Part shown: positions 33,201-43,517 of the stretch, piece by piece
How positions within the stretch are numbered: position 1 is the first letter of the stretch
How the letters are laid out: each line of letters begins with the position of its first letter
Assembly: GCF_009931435.1 (NCBI RefSeq)
Contig: NZ_CP043414.1
Length of the DNA: 64,000 nt
DNA from: Escherichia coli
GTDB lineage: Bacteria; Pseudomonadota; Gammaproteobacteria; Enterobacterales; Enterobacteriaceae
Direction: 5' to 3' (one strand)
Notes under the pieces: model-generated
Database searches by the model: none
What the model saw: the letters and a program-made list of their open reading frames with translations, nothing else
Told to the model about the DNA's origin: nothing
Program-made: the position numbers and the translations under genes

Positions 33201-33536
33201 ATGTCATTACCACACTGCCCAAAATGCAACTCCGAATACACCTACGAAGATAACGGCATGTACATCTGCCCGGAATGTGCCTACGAATGGAACGACGTAG
33301 AACCTGCACAGGAAAGCGACGAGCTGATCGTTAAAGATGCTAACGGCAATCTGCTGGCTGACGGCGACAGCGTTACCATCATTAAAGATCTGAAGGTGAA
33401 AGGTAGCTCTTCGATGCTGAAGATCGGTACCAAAGTGAAAAACATTCGCCTGGTTGAAGGCGACCACAACATCGATTGCAAAATCGACGGTTTTGGTCCG
33501 ATGAAACTGAAATCTGAGTTTGTGAAAAAGAACTGA
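33201..33536 (+). CDS. phnA: Zinc-ribbon protein PhnA/YjdM
   Basis: 111 aa from the ATG at 33201 ([31 protein letters not shown]...); CxxC...CxxC zinc ribbon; extended -10 (tgtgtataat) about 70 bp upstream. Confidence 0.9.
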   Translation: MSLPHCPKCNSEYTYEDNGMYICPECAYEWNDVEPAQESDELIVKDANGNLLADGDSVTIIKDLKVKGSSSMLKIGTKVKNIRLVEGDHNIDCKIDGFGPMKLKSEFVKKN

Positions 33537-33559
33537 TTGTATTGCTCAATGTAATATTG

Positions 33560-33715
33560 GCACATGATCGGTAGGCCGGATAAGGCGCTCGCGCCGCATC
33601 CGGCTACGGTGCCGACTGCCTGATGCGACGCTCGCGCGTCTTATCAGGCCTACAAATTCTCGCACCATCCGGCAACGGTGCCTAATGCGACGCTTACCGA
33701 GTCTTATCAGCCCCC
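33560..33715. repeat. BIME/REP cluster of several palindromic units
   Basis: Repeated gcctgatgcgacgc...gtcttatcaggcctac and ggtaggccggataaggcg...ccgcatccggc motifs typical of enterobacterial REP elements. Confidence 0.85.
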
Positions 33716-33775
33716 GCTCATCTGTATAATTTTCGAACTACACTTAACTGGCTTCTCTTAACTGAGGTCACCATC

Positions 33776-34219
33776 ATGCCGTTAAGTCCCTACCTCTCTT
33801 TTGCTGGTAACTGTTCCGATGCGATTGCCTATTATCAACGCACGTTGGGCGCGGAACTGCTTTATAAAATCAGCTTCGGCGAAATGCCGAAATCAGCGCA
33901 GGACAGCGCCGAGAACTGCCCTTCCGGAATGCAATTTCCCGATACCGCCATCGCTCATGCCAACGTGCGCATTGCCGGAAGCGACATCATGATGAGCGAT
34001 GCCATACCGTCAGGAAAAGCCAGCTACTCCGGCTTTACGCTGGTACTCGATTCGCAACAGGTCGAAGAAGGAAAACGCTGGTTTGACAACCTTGCCGCTA
34101 ACGGAAAAATCGAAATGGCCTGGCAGGAAACTTTCTGGGCGCATGGCTTCGGCAAAGTCACCGATAAATTTGGCGTACCGTGGATGATTAATGTCGTCAA
34201 ACAACAACCAACGCACTAA
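33776..34219 (+). CDS. yjdN: VOC/glyoxalase-family protein YjdN (PhnB)
   Basis: 147-aa ORF matching YjdN/PhnB. Confidence 0.85.
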   Translation: MPLSPYLSFAGNCSDAIAYYQRTLGAELLYKISFGEMPKSAQDSAENCPSGMQFPDTAIAHANVRIAGSDIMMSDAIPSGKASYSGFTLVLDSQQVEEGKRWFDNLAANGKIEMAWQETFWAHGFGKVTDKFGVPWMINVVKQQPTH

Positions 34220-34245
34220 CCCGCCGGGAGGCCCGCCCTCCCGCA

Positions 34246-34296
34246 CTGTCATCGAATTCCCGTTAACTCTTCATCTGTTAGTCACTTTTAGTTAAC
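34246..34296 (+). promoter_or_regulatory. Putative Pho box / phnC promoter
   Basis: CTGTCAT at 34246 and CTGTTAG at 34275 with TTAAC-containing repeats 50-100 bp upstream of phnC; consistent with PhoB control of the phn operon, exact site boundaries uncertain. Confidence 0.5.
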
Positions 34297-34351
34297 AAAA
34301 TCGTCACGATAATCCGCCACGATGGAGCCACTTTTTTAGGGAGGCTGCATC

Positions 34352-35140
34352 ATGCAAACGATTATCCGCGTCGAACAACTGAGCAAAACCTTCAATCAGC
34401 ATCAGGCGCTGCACGCGGTTGATCTGAACATTCATCACGGTGAAATGGTGGCTCTGCTTGGGCCGTCGGGTTCCGGCAAATCCACCCTTTTACGTCACTT
34501 AAGCGGCCTGATTGTCGGCGATAAAAAGCCAGAATGCCGCGTCGAACTGCTGGGCCGCACCGTCCAGCAAAATGGCCGCCTGGCCCGCGATATCCGCAAA
34601 AGCCGCGCCAACACCGGCTACATCTTCCAACAATTCAACCTGGTGAATCGCCTGAGCGTACTGGAGAACGTGCTGATTGGCGCGCTCGGCAGCACGCCGT
34701 TCTGGCGTACCTGTTTTAGCTGGTTCACCCGCGAGCAGAAACAGCGTGCGTTACAGGCACTGACTCGCGTTGGGATGGTGCACTTTGCCCATCAGCGCGT
34801 TTCCACGCTCTCCGGCGGCCAGCAGCAGCGTGTGGCGATAGCCCGTGCGCTGATGCAGCAGGCGAAGGTGATTCTGGCCGATGAACCCATCGCCTCGCTG
34901 GACCCGGAATCGGCCCGCATCGTGATGGATACCCTGCGCGACATCAACCAGAACGACGGCATCACCGTGGTGGTGACGCTGCATCAGGTGGATTACGCCC
35001 TGCGCTACTGCGAACGCATCGTCGCCCTGCGCCAGGGGCACGTCTTCTACGACGGCAGCAGCCAACAGTTTGATAACGAACGTTTTGACCATCTCTACCG
35101 CAGCATTAACCGCGTCGAAGAGAACGCGAAAGCTGCCTGA
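34352..35140 (+). CDS. phnC: Phosphonate ABC transporter ATP-binding protein
   Basis: 262-aa ORF with Walker A (GPSGSGKST), ABC signature (LSGGQQQR) and Walker B. Confidence 0.95.
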   Translation: MQTIIRVEQLSKTFNQHQALHAVDLNIHHGEMVALLGPSGSGKSTLLRHLSGLIVGDKKPECRVELLGRTVQQNGRLARDIRKSRANTGYIFQQFNLVNRLSVLENVLIGALGSTPFWRTCFSWFTREQKQRALQALTRVGMVHFAHQRVSTLSGGQQQRVAIARALMQQAKVILADEPIASLDPESARIVMDTLRDINQNDGITVVVTLHQVDYALRYCERIVALRQGHVFYDGSSQQFDNERFDHLYRSINRVEENAKAA

Positions 35141-35164
35141 CATCCCCATCATTGAGGAAAACGA

Positions 35165-36181
35165 ATGAACGCTAAGATAATTGCCTCGCTGGCCTTCACC
35201 AGCATGTTCAGCCTCAGCACCCTGTTCAGCCCGGCACACGCCGAAGAGCAGGAAAAGGCGCTGAATTTCGGCATTATTTCAACGGAATCACAGCAAAACC
35301 TGAAACCGCAATGGACGCCTTTCCTGCAAGATATGGAGAAGAAACTGGGCGTAAAGGTCAACGCCTTCTTTGCTCCGGACTACGCGGGCATTATCCAGGG
35401 GATGCGCTTCAATAAAGTGGATATCGCCTGGTACGGCAATCTGTCGGCGATGGAAGCGGTGGATCGCGCCAACGGTCAGGTCTTCGCCCAGACGGTCGCG
35501 GCGGATGGATCGCCGGGTTACTGGAGCGTGTTGATCGTCAACAAAGACAGTCCGATCAACAACCTGAACGATCTGCTGGCGAAGCGTAAAGATCTCACCT
35601 TTGGCAATGGCGATCCTAACTCCACCTCTGGCTTCCTCGTCCCCGGCTACTACGTCTTCGCCAAAAACAATATCTCCGCCAGCGACTTCAAGCGCACCGT
35701 CAACGCCGGGCATGAAACCAACGCGCTGGCCGTCGCCAACAAGCAGGTGGATGTGGCGACCAACAACACCGAGAACCTCGACAAGCTGAAAACCTCCGCA
35801 CCGGAGAAGCTCAAAGAACTGAAGGTGATCTGGAAATCGCCGCTGATCCCAGGCGATCCGATCGTCTGGCGCAAAAATCTTTCCGAAACCACCAAAGACA
35901 AGATCTACGACTTCTTTATGAACTACGGCAAAACGCCGGAAGAGAAAGCGGTGCTGGAGCGCCTGGGCTGGGCCCCGTTCCGCGCCTCCAGCGACCTGCA
36001 ACTGGTGCCAATTCGCCAGCTCGCGCTGTTTAAAGAGATGCAGGGCGTGAAAGGCAATAAGGGACTGAATGAGCAGGACAAGCTGGCAAAAACCACCGCC
36101 ATTCAGGCGCAACTGGATGATTTGGACCGCCTGAACAACGCGTTAAGCGCAATGAGTTCGGTGAGTAAAGCGGTGCAGTAA
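35165..36181 (+). CDS. phnD: Phosphonate ABC transporter periplasmic binding protein
   Basis: 338-aa ORF with N-terminal signal peptide; matches PhnD. Confidence 0.95.
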   Translation: MNAKIIASLAFTSMFSLSTLFSPAHAEEQEKALNFGIISTESQQNLKPQWTPFLQDMEKKLGVKVNAFFAPDYAGIIQGMRFNKVDIAWYGNLSAMEAVDRANGQVFAQTVAADGSPGYWSVLIVNKDSPINNLNDLLAKRKDLTFGNGDPNSTSGFLVPGYYVFAKNNISASDFKRTVNAGHETNALAVANKQVDVATNNTENLDKLKTSAPEKLKELKVIWKSPLIPGDPIVWRKNLSETTKDKIYDFFMNYGKTPEEKAVLERLGWAPFRASSDLQLVPIRQLALFKEMQGVKGNKGLNEQDKLAKTTAIQAQLDDLDRLNNALSAMSSVSKAVQ

Positions 36182-36187
36182 TGTGCT

Positions 36188-36295
36188 CGATCGGTCCCCT
36201 CTCCCTTGAGGGAGAGGGTTAGGGTGAGGGGGGAAATACGCACGCTGATGCCCTCACCCCGGCCCTCTCCTACAGGGAGAGGGAGAAAACATTAA
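36188..36295. repeat. GC-rich nested palindromic element between phnD and phnE (family not assigned)
   Basis: Three inverted-repeat pairs: cccctctccc/gggagaggg, agggtgagggg/ccctcacccc, ccctctcc/gggagaggg. Confidence 0.6.
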
Positions 36296-36307
36296 ACGGA
36301 GCCAAAC

Positions 36308-37087
36308 ATGCAAACCATCACCATCGCCCCACCCAAGCGCAGCTGGTTCTCGATCTTCAGCTGGGCCGTTGTTCTCGCCGTACTGGTCGTCTCGTGGCAG
36401 GGCGCGGAAATGGCCCCGCTCACGCTGATTAAAGACGGCGGCAACATGGCGACGTTCGCCGCCGACTTCTTCCCGCCCGATTTCAGCCAGTGGCAGGATT
36501 ACCTCACCGAAATGGCCGTCACGCTGCAAATCGCCGTCTGGGGCACTGCGCTGGCAGTCGTTCTCTCCATCCCCTTCGGCCTGATGAGCGCCGAAAACCT
36601 GGTGCCGTGGTGGGTTTACCAGCCCGTTCGCCGCCTGATGGACGCCTGCCGCGCCATTAACGAGATGGTCTTCGCCATGCTGTTCGTGGTCGCCGTCGGT
36701 CTCGGTCCGTTCGCTGGCGTACTGGCGCTGTTTATCCACACCACCGGCGTGCTCTCCAAACTGCTTTCCGAAGCGGTAGAAGCAATTGAACCCGGCCCGG
36801 TGGAAGGTATTCGCGCCACTGGTGCCAACAAGCTCGAAGAGATCCTCTATGGCGTGCTGCCGCAGGTGATGCCGCTGCTGATCTCCTACTCCCTCTATCG
36901 CTTCGAATCCAACGTCCGTTCGGCCACCGTTGTTGGCATGGTCGGCGCTGGCGGGATCGGCGTCACGCTGTGGGAAGCGATTCGCGGTTTCCAGTTCCAG
37001 CAAACCTGCGCCCTGATGGTGCTGATTATCGTCACGGTCAGCCTGCTGGATTTCCTCTCTCAACGGTTGCGTAAGCACTTTATCTGA
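36308..37087 (+). CDS. phnE: Phosphonate ABC transporter permease, intact reading frame
   Basis: Uninterrupted 259-aa polytopic membrane ORF matching PhnE. Confidence 0.9.
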   Translation: MQTITIAPPKRSWFSIFSWAVVLAVLVVSWQGAEMAPLTLIKDGGNMATFAADFFPPDFSQWQDYLTEMAVTLQIAVWGTALAVVLSIPFGLMSAENLVPWWVYQPVRRLMDACRAINEMVFAMLFVVAVGLGPFAGVLALFIHTTGVLSKLLSEAVEAIEPGPVEGIRATGANKLEEILYGVLPQVMPLLISYSLYRFESNVRSATVVGMVGAGGIGVTLWEAIRGFQFQQTCALMVLIIVTVSLLDFLSQRLRKHFI

Positions 37088-37107
37088 TAAGCGAGGCATT
37101 GATAGCT

Positions 37108-37833
37108 ATGCACTTGTCTACACATCCGACCAGCTACCCAACACGCTATCAGGAGATAGCCGCAAAACTTGAGCAGGAGCTTCGTCAACACTACCGCTGC
37201 GGCGACTATCTTCCCGCCGAGCATCAACTGGCGGCACGCTTTGAGGTGAATCGCCACACCCTGCGCCGCGCCATCGACCAACTGGTGGAAAAAGGCTGGG
37301 TACAGCGCCGTCAGGGCGTCGGCGTGCTGGTGCTGATGCGCCCGTTCGATTACCCGCTCAACGCCCAGGCGCGTTTTAGCCAGAACCTGCTGGATCAGGG
37401 TAGCCATCCCACCAGCGAAAAACTGCTGTCGGTGCTGCGCCCGGCCTCCGGCCACGTCGCTGACGCGCTGGGGATAACCGAGGGCGAGAACGTTATCCAC
37501 CTGCGCACCCTGCGTCGGGTCAACGGCGTCGCACTCTGTTTAATCGACCACTACTTTGCGGACCTCACTCTCTGGCCGACGCTGCAACGCTTCGACAGCG
37601 GCTCGCTGCACGATTTTTTGCACGAGCAAACGGGAATTGCGCTGCGCCGCAGCCAGACGCGGATCAGCGCCCGCCGCGCCCAGGCCAAAGAGTGCCAGCG
37701 TCTTGAAATTCCGAATATGTCGCCGCTGCTGTGCGTGCGCACCCTTAACCACCGTGACGGTGAAAGCAGCCCGGCGGAGTACTCCGTCAGCCTGACGCGC
37801 GCCGACATGATTGAATTCACCATGGAGCACTGA
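37108..37833 (+). CDS. phnF: GntR-family repressor of the phn operon
   Basis: 241 aa from the ATG at 37108 (MHLSTHPTSYPTRYQEIAAK...); N-terminal GntR HTH. Confidence 0.9.
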   Translation: MHLSTHPTSYPTRYQEIAAKLEQELRQHYRCGDYLPAEHQLAARFEVNRHTLRRAIDQLVEKGWVQRRQGVGVLVLMRPFDYPLNAQARFSQNLLDQGSHPTSEKLLSVLRPASGHVADALGITEGENVIHLRTLRRVNGVALCLIDHYFADLTLWPTLQRFDSGSLHDFLHEQTGIALRRSQTRISARRAQAKECQRLEIPNMSPLLCVRTLNHRDGESSPAEYSVSLTRADMIEFTMEH

Positions 37834-38286
37834 ATGCACGCAGATACCGCGACCCGCCAGCACTGGATGTCCGTGCTGGCGCACAGCCAACCGGCTGAAC
37901 TGGCTAACCGCCTTAAAGCGCTAAACATCACCGCCGACTATGACATGATCCGCGCCGCCGAAACCGGCCTGGTACAGATTCAGGCGCGAATGGGTGGCAC
38001 CGGCGAACGCTTTTTTGCTGGCGACGCTACGCTCACCCGCGCCGCTGTACGCCTTACTGACGGCACGCTCGGCTACAGCTGGGTGCTGGGGCGCGACAAA
38101 CAGCACGCCGAACGCTGCGCGCTGATTGACGCGCTGATGCAGCAATCTCGCCACTTTCAAAACTTATCAGAAACCCTTATTGCCCCGCTGGACGCTGACC
38201 GTATGGCACGCATTGCCGCACGCCAGGCCGAAGTGAACGCCAGTCGGGTCGACTTCTTTACGATGGTTCGCGGAGACAACGCATGA
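37834..38286 (+). CDS. phnG: C-P lyase core complex subunit PhnG
   Basis: 150-aa ORF starting immediately after the phnF stop (tgaATG). Confidence 0.9.
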   Translation: MHADTATRQHWMSVLAHSQPAELANRLKALNITADYDMIRAAETGLVQIQARMGGTGERFFAGDATLTRAAVRLTDGTLGYSWVLGRDKQHAERCALIDALMQQSRHFQNLSETLIAPLDADRMARIAARQAEVNASRVDFFTMVRGDNA

Positions 38287-38867
38287 CCCTGGAAACCGCT
38301 TTTATGCTTCCCGTGCAGGATGCCCAGCACAGTTTTCGTCGCCTGTTAAAGGCCATGAGCGAGCCGGGCGTGATTGTCGCCCTGCATCAACTCAAACGCG
38401 GCTGGCAGCCGCTGAATATCGCCACCACCAGCGTGCTGCTGACGCTGGCCGATAACGACACGCCGGTGTGGCTTTCTGCGCCATTAAGTAACGATATCGT
38501 CAGCCAGAGCCTGCGTTTTCATACCAACGCGCCGCTGGTCAATCAGCCGGAACAGGCGACCTTCGCAGTGACGGATGAGGCGATTGCCAGCGAGCAGCTC
38601 AACGCCCTTTCCATCGGCACCGCCGTTGCGCCGGAAGCCGGTGCGACGTTGATTTTACAGGTCACCAGCCTGAGCGGCGGACGCATGCTGCGCCTCACCG
38701 GCGCGGGTATTGCCGAAGAACGGATGATCGCCCCGCAACTGCCGGAGTGCATTCTGCACGAACTCACCGAGCGCCCGCACCCGTTCCCGCTCGGCATCGA
38801 CCTGATCCTGACCTGCGGCGAGCGCCTGCTGGCTATCCCGCGAACCACTCATGTGGAGGTGTGCTGA
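38283..38867 (+). CDS. phnH: C-P lyase core complex subunit PhnH
   Basis: 194-aa ORF with 4-nt overlap to phnG. Confidence 0.9.
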   Translation: MTLETAFMLPVQDAQHSFRRLLKAMSEPGVIVALHQLKRGWQPLNIATTSVLLTLADNDTPVWLSAPLSNDIVSQSLRFHTNAPLVNQPEQATFAVTDEAIASEQLNALSIGTAVAPEAGATLILQVTSLSGGRMLRLTGAGIAEERMIAPQLPECILHELTERPHPFPLGIDLILTCGERLLAIPRTTHVEVC

Positions 38868-39931
38868 TGTACGTTGCCGTGAAAGGGGGCGAAAAGGCGA
38901 TCGACGCCGCCCACGCCCTGCAAGAGAGCCGACGCCGGGGCGATACTGATTTGCCTGAACTGAGCGTCGCCCAGATTGAACAGCAGCTTAATCTCGCGGT
39001 GGATCGCGTGATGACCGAAGGCGGCATTGCCGACCGTGAACTGGCGGCACTAGCGCTGAAACAGGCCAGCGGCGATAACGTTGAAGCGATTTTCCTGTTG
39101 CGCGCCTACCGCACGACGCTGGCAAAGCTGGCGGTGAGCGAGCCGCTCGACACCACCGAGATGCGGCTCGAACGCCGTATTTCGGCGGTTTATAAAGACA
39201 TTCCCGGCGGCCAGTTGCTTGGCCCGACCTACGACTACACCCATCGCCTGCTCGATTTCACCCTGCTGGCGAATGGCGAAGCGCCGACGCTGACCACCGC
39301 CGACAGCGAGCAAGCCCCATCGCCGCACGTTTTCAGCCTGCTGGCGCGTCAGGGGCTGGCGAAGTTTGAAGAGGATAGCGGCGCACAGCCGGACGACATC
39401 ACCCGCACGCCGCCGGTTTACCCCTGCTCACGTTCTTCCCGTTTGCAGCAGCTCATGCGCGGAGACGAAGGCTATTTGCTGGCGCTGGCCTACTCCACCC
39501 AGCGTGGTTACGGACGCAATCACCCGTTCGCAGGCGAAATCCGCAGTGGCTATATCGACGTGTCTATTGTGCCGGAAGAGCTGGGATTTGCGGTGAACAT
39601 CGGCGAACTGCTGATGACCGAGTGTGAAATGGTCAACGGTTTTATCGACCCGCCGGATGAGCCGCCGCACTTCACGCGCGGCTACGGGCTGGTGTTCGGC
39701 ATGAGCGAGCGCAAAGCGATGGCAATGGCGCTGGTTGACCGCGCTCTACAAGCCCCGGAGTACGGCGAGCACGCGACAGGCCCGGCGCAGGATGAAGAGT
39801 TCGTGCTGGCGCATGCCGACAACGTCGAAGCCGCAGGCTTTGTCTCGCACCTCAAACTCCCGCACTACGTCGATTTCCAGGCCGAACTGGAGCTACTCAA
39901 ACGTCTGCAACAGGAGCAGAACCATGGCTAA
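38867..39931 (+). CDS. phnI: C-P lyase subunit PhnI (ribose-1-methylphosphonate 5-triphosphate synthase component)
   Basis: 354 aa from the ATG at 38867 ([16 protein letters not shown]...), overlapping the phnH stop; the ORF-track start at 38747 is an extension. Confidence 0.9.
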   Translation: MYVAVKGGEKAIDAAHALQESRRRGDTDLPELSVAQIEQQLNLAVDRVMTEGGIADRELAALALKQASGDNVEAIFLLRAYRTTLAKLAVSEPLDTTEMRLERRISAVYKDIPGGQLLGPTYDYTHRLLDFTLLANGEAPTLTTADSEQAPSPHVFSLLARQGLAKFEEDSGAQPDDITRTPPVYPCSRSSRLQQLMRGDEGYLLALAYSTQRGYGRNHPFAGEIRSGYIDVSIVPEELGFAVNIGELLMTECEMVNGFIDPPDEPPHFTRGYGLVFGMSERKAMAMALVDRALQAPEYGEHATGPAQDEEFVLAHADNVEAAGFVSHLKLPHYVDFQAELELLKRLQQEQNHG

Positions 39932-40769
39932 TCTGAGCGGCTACAACTTTGCCTACCTCGACGAGCAGACCAAACGTATGATCCGCCGCGCCATCTTAAA
40001 AGCGGTGGCGATCCCCGGTTATCAGGTGCCGTTTGGCGGGCGCGAGATGCCGATGCCATACGGCTGGGGAACTGGTGGTATCCAGCTTACCGCCAGCGTG
40101 ATTGGCGAAAGCGACGTGTTGAAGGTGATTGACCAGGGCGCGGATGACACCACCAACGCCGTATCAATTCGCAACTTTTTCAAGCGCGTGACCGGGGTAA
40201 ACACCACTGAACGTACGGATGATGCGACGCTTATCCAGACGCGCCACCGCATCCCCGAAACGCCGCTGACCGAAGATCAGATCATTATTTTCCAGGTGCC
40301 GATCCCCGAACCGCTGCGCTTTATCGAGCCGCGCGAAACGGAGACCCGCACTATGCACGCGCTGGAGGAGTACGGCGTGATGCAGGTGAAACTGTATGAA
40401 GATATCGCCCGCTTCGGTCATATCGCCACCACCTACGCCTATCCGGTGAAGGTGAACGGACGCTACGTAATGGACCCATCGCCGATCCCGAAATTTGATA
40501 ACCCGAAAATGGACATGATGCCCGCCCTGCAACTGTTTGGCGCGGGGCGCGAGAAGCGTATTTATGCGGTGCCGCCGTTTACCCGCGTGGAAAGCCTCGA
40601 TTTCGACGATCATCCGTTCACCGTTCAGCAGTGGGATGAACCCTGCGCCATCTGCGGATCGACCCACAGCTATCTCGATGAAGTGGTGCTGGATGACGCC
40701 GGAAACCGCATGTTTGTCTGTTCCGATACCGATTATTGCCGCCAACAGAGCGAGGCGAAAAGCCAATGA
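39924..40769 (+). CDS. phnJ: C-P lyase PhnJ (radical-SAM-dependent C-P bond cleavage enzyme)
   Basis: 281 aa from the ATG at 39924 (MANLSGYNFAYLDEQTKRMIRR...); C-terminal Cys cluster CxxC...C...C. Confidence 0.9.
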   Translation: MANLSGYNFAYLDEQTKRMIRRAILKAVAIPGYQVPFGGREMPMPYGWGTGGIQLTASVIGESDVLKVIDQGADDTTNAVSIRNFFKRVTGVNTTERTDDATLIQTRHRIPETPLTEDQIIIFQVPIPEPLRFIEPRETETRTMHALEEYGVMQVKLYEDIARFGHIATTYAYPVKVNGRYVMDPSPIPKFDNPKMDMMPALQLFGAGREKRIYAVPPFTRVESLDFDDHPFTVQQWDEPCAICGSTHSYLDEVVLDDAGNRMFVCSDTDYCRQQSEAKSQ

Positions 40770-41524
40770 ATCAACCGTTACTTTCGGTCAATAACCTGAC
40801 CCACCTCTACGCACCGGGCAAAGGCTTCAGCGACGTTTCTTTTGATTTATGGCCGGGGGAAGTGCTGGGCATCGTCGGGGAATCCGGTTCCGGGAAGACC
40901 ACGCTGCTGAAATCAATCTCCGCGCGCCTGACGCCGCAGCAGGGGGAGATTCGCTATGAAAACCGTTCCCTCTATGGCATGAGCGAAGCCGACCGCCGCC
41001 GTTTACTGCGCACCGAATGGGGCGTGGTACATCAGCATCCGCTCGACGGCCTGCGTCGCCAGGTCTCGGCAGGCGGCAATATCGGCGAACGGCTGATGGC
41101 GACCGGGGCGCGTCATTACGGCGATATTCGCGCCACCGCGCAGAAGTGGCTGGAAGAGGTGGAGATTCCCGCCAACCGGATCGACGACCTGCCGACCACT
41201 TTTTCCGGCGGTATGCAGCAGCGTTTGCAGATTGCCCGCAACCTGGTGACGCATCCGAAGCTGGTGTTTATGGATGAACCGACCGGCGGGCTGGATGTAT
41301 CAGTGCAAGCGCGCCTGCTCGATCTGCTGCGCGGTCTGGTGGTGGAGCTGAACCTGGCGGTGGTGATTGTCACCCACGATCTGGGCGTCGCCCGCCTGCT
41401 GGCGGACCGTTTGCTGGTGATGAAGCAAGGGCAAGTGGTGGAGAGTGGGTTAACCGACCGCGTGCTCGACGACCCGCATCACCCGTATACCCAGCTGCTG
41501 GTGTCATCGGTTTTGCAGAATTGA
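40766..41524 (+). CDS. phnK: C-P lyase-associated ABC-type ATPase PhnK
   Basis: 252 aa from the ATG at 40766 (MNQPLLSVNNL...); Walker A GESGSGKTT. Confidence 0.9.
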   Translation: MNQPLLSVNNLTHLYAPGKGFSDVSFDLWPGEVLGIVGESGSGKTTLLKSISARLTPQQGEIRYENRSLYGMSEADRRRLLRTEWGVVHQHPLDGLRRQVSAGGNIGERLMATGARHYGDIRATAQKWLEEVEIPANRIDDLPTTFSGGMQQRLQIARNLVTHPKLVFMDEPTGGLDVSVQARLLDLLRGLVVELNLAVVIVTHDLGVARLLADRLLVMKQGQVVESGLTDRVLDDPHHPYTQLLVSSVLQN

Positions 41525-41535
41525 GCCTTGCTTGT

Positions 41536-41690
41536 GTCGGGTGGCGCTGCGCTTACCCGACCTACGGTACATGTAGGCCGGATAAGGCGTAGCCGCCATC
41601 CGGCTTATCAGGCCTACAAAACCATCGTAATACATTGATATTGATTCATTTGTAGGCCGGATAAGGCGCAGCCGCCATCCGGCAAAAACA
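41536..41690. repeat. BIME/REP cluster inside the phn operon, between phnK and phnL
   Basis: Tandem/inverted copies of gtaggccggataaggcg...ccgccatccggc and ttatcaggcctac REP motifs. Confidence 0.85.
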
Positions 41691-41703
41691 CGAAGAGGCC
41701 AAA

Positions 41704-42384
41704 ATGATCCGCGTCGAAAACGTCAGTAAAACCTTCATCCTGCACCAACAAAACGGCGTGCGCCTGCCCGTCTTACAACGCGCCTCGCTCACCGTCAACG
41801 CGGGCGAATGCGTGGTGCTCCACGGCCATTCCGGCAGCGGCAAATCAACCCTGCTGCGCTCGCTGTACGCTAACTATCTGCCCGACGAAGGGCAAATTCA
41901 GATCAAACATGGTGACGAGTGGGTAGACCTGGTCACCGCGCCAGCGCGCAAAGTGGTGGAAATCCGCAAAACCACCGTCGGCTGGGTGAGCCAGTTTCTG
42001 CGGGTCATCCCGCGTATTTCGGCGCTGGAAGTGGTAATGCAGCCGCTGCTCGATACCGGCGTTCCGCGTGAAGCCTGCGCCGCTAAAGCCGCCCGTCTGC
42101 TCACCCGCCTGAACGTGCCGGAACGTCTGTGGCACCTGGCGCCATCGACCTTCTCCGGCGGCGAACAGCAGCGCGTCAACATCGCGCGCGGCTTTATCGT
42201 CGATTACCCCATTCTGCTGCTCGACGAACCTACTGCCTCGCTGGACGCCAAAAACAGCGCCGCGGTGGTGGAACTGATCCGCGAAGCTAAAACCCGCGGC
42301 GCAGCCATCGTCGGCATCTTCCACGACGAAGCCGTACGCAATGACGTCGCCGACCGCCTCCACCCAATGGGAGCCTCTGCATGA
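41704..42384 (+). CDS. phnL: C-P lyase-associated ABC-type ATPase PhnL
   Basis: 226-aa ORF with Walker [10 protein letters not shown]. Confidence 0.9.
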   Translation: MIRVENVSKTFILHQQNGVRLPVLQRASLTVNAGECVVLHGHSGSGKSTLLRSLYANYLPDEGQIQIKHGDEWVDLVTAPARKVVEIRKTTVGWVSQFLRVIPRISALEVVMQPLLDTGVPREACAAKAARLLTRLNVPERLWHLAPSTFSGGEQQRVNIARGFIVDYPILLLDEPTASLDAKNSAAVVELIREAKTRGAAIVGIFHDEAVRNDVADRLHPMGASA

Positions 42385-43517
42385 TTATCAATAACGTCAA
42401 ACTGGTGCTGGAAAACGAAGTGGTACACGGTTCGCTGGAGGTGCAGGACGGCGAAATTCGCGCCTTTGCCGAAAGCCAGAGCCGCCTGCCAGAAGCGATG
42501 GACGGCGAAGGTGGCTGGCTGCTGCCGGGGCTGATTGAGCTGCATACCGACAACCTCGATAAATTCTTCACTCCGCGCCCGAAAGTGGACTGGCCTGCCC
42601 ACTCAGCGATGAGCAGCCACGACGCGCTGATGGTGGCGAGCGGCATCACCACGGTGCTGGATGCCGTGGCGATTGGCGACGTGCGCGACGGCGGCGATCG
42701 GCTGGAGAATCTGGAGAAGATGATCAACGCCATCGAAGAGACGCAGAAACGCGGGGTCAACCGCGCCGAGCACCGTCTGCACCTGCGCTGTGAACTGCCG
42801 CATCACACTACGCTGCCGCTGTTTGAAAAACTGGTGCAGCGCGAGCCGGTCACGCTGGTGTCGCTGATGGACCACTCGCCGGGCCAGCGCCAGTTCGCCA
42901 ATCGCGAGAAGTATCGCGAATATTACCAGGGCAAATACTCGCTCACCGATGCGCAGATGCAGCAGTACGAAGAGGAACAACTGGCGCTTGCCGCACGCTG
43001 GTCGCAGCCGAATCGCGAAACCATCGCCGCAATATGCCGCGCGCGACAAATTGCCCTCGCCAGCCACGATGATGCTACGCACGAGCACGTTGCCGAATCC
43101 CACCAGCTTGGCAGCGTAATCGCCGAATTTCCCACCACGTTCGAAGCGGCGGAAGCTTCGCGCAAGCATGGCATGAATGTATTGATGGGCGCGCCGAATA
43201 TTGTGCGCGGCGGTTCGCACTCCGGCAACGTGGCGGCAAGCGAACTGGCACAGCTTGGCCTGCTGGATATCCTCTCTTCCGACTACTACCCCGCCAGCCT
43301 GCTCGATGCGGCATTTCGCGTCGCCGATGACGAGAGCAACCGCTTTACGCTGCCGCAGGCGGTGAAGCTGGTGACTAAAAATCCGGCGCAGGCGCTTAAT
43401 CTTCAGGATCGCGGGGTGATTGGCGAGGGCAAACGCGCCGACCTGGTGCTGGCGCATCGCAAGGGCAACCACATTCATATCGATCACGTCTGGCGTCAGG
43501 GTAAAAGGGTGTTCTGA
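42381..43517 (+). CDS. phnM: PhnM, amidohydrolase-family ribosyl-methylphosphonate triphosphate diphosphatase
   Basis: 378-aa ORF with 4-nt overlap to phnL; matches PhnM. Confidence 0.9.
   Translation: MIINNVKLVLENEVVHGSLEVQDGEIRAFAESQSRLPEAMDGEGGWLLPGLIELHTDNLDKFFTPRPKVDWPAHSAMSSHDALMVASGITTVLDAVAIGDVRDGGDRLENLEKMINAIEETQKRGVNRAEHRLHLRCELPHHTTLPLFEKLVQREPVTLVSLMDHSPGQRQFANREKYREYYQGKYSLTDAQMQQYEEEQLALAARWSQPNRETIAAICRARQIALASHDDATHEHVAESHQLGSVIAEFPTTFEAAEASRKHGMNVLMGAPNIVRGGSHSGNVAASELAQLGLLDILSSDYYPASLLDAAFRVADDESNRFTLPQAVKLVTKNPAQALNLQDRGVIGEGKRADLVLAHRKGNHIHIDHVWRQGKRVF

Noticed and set aside
33560-33715. Clusters of short palindromic repeats (also 41536-41690 and 56399-56440) as possible CRISPR arrays
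   Set aside because: The repeats are REP/BIME palindromes in mixed orientation with irregular spacing and no cas genes; there are no regularly spaced direct repeats with unique spacers.
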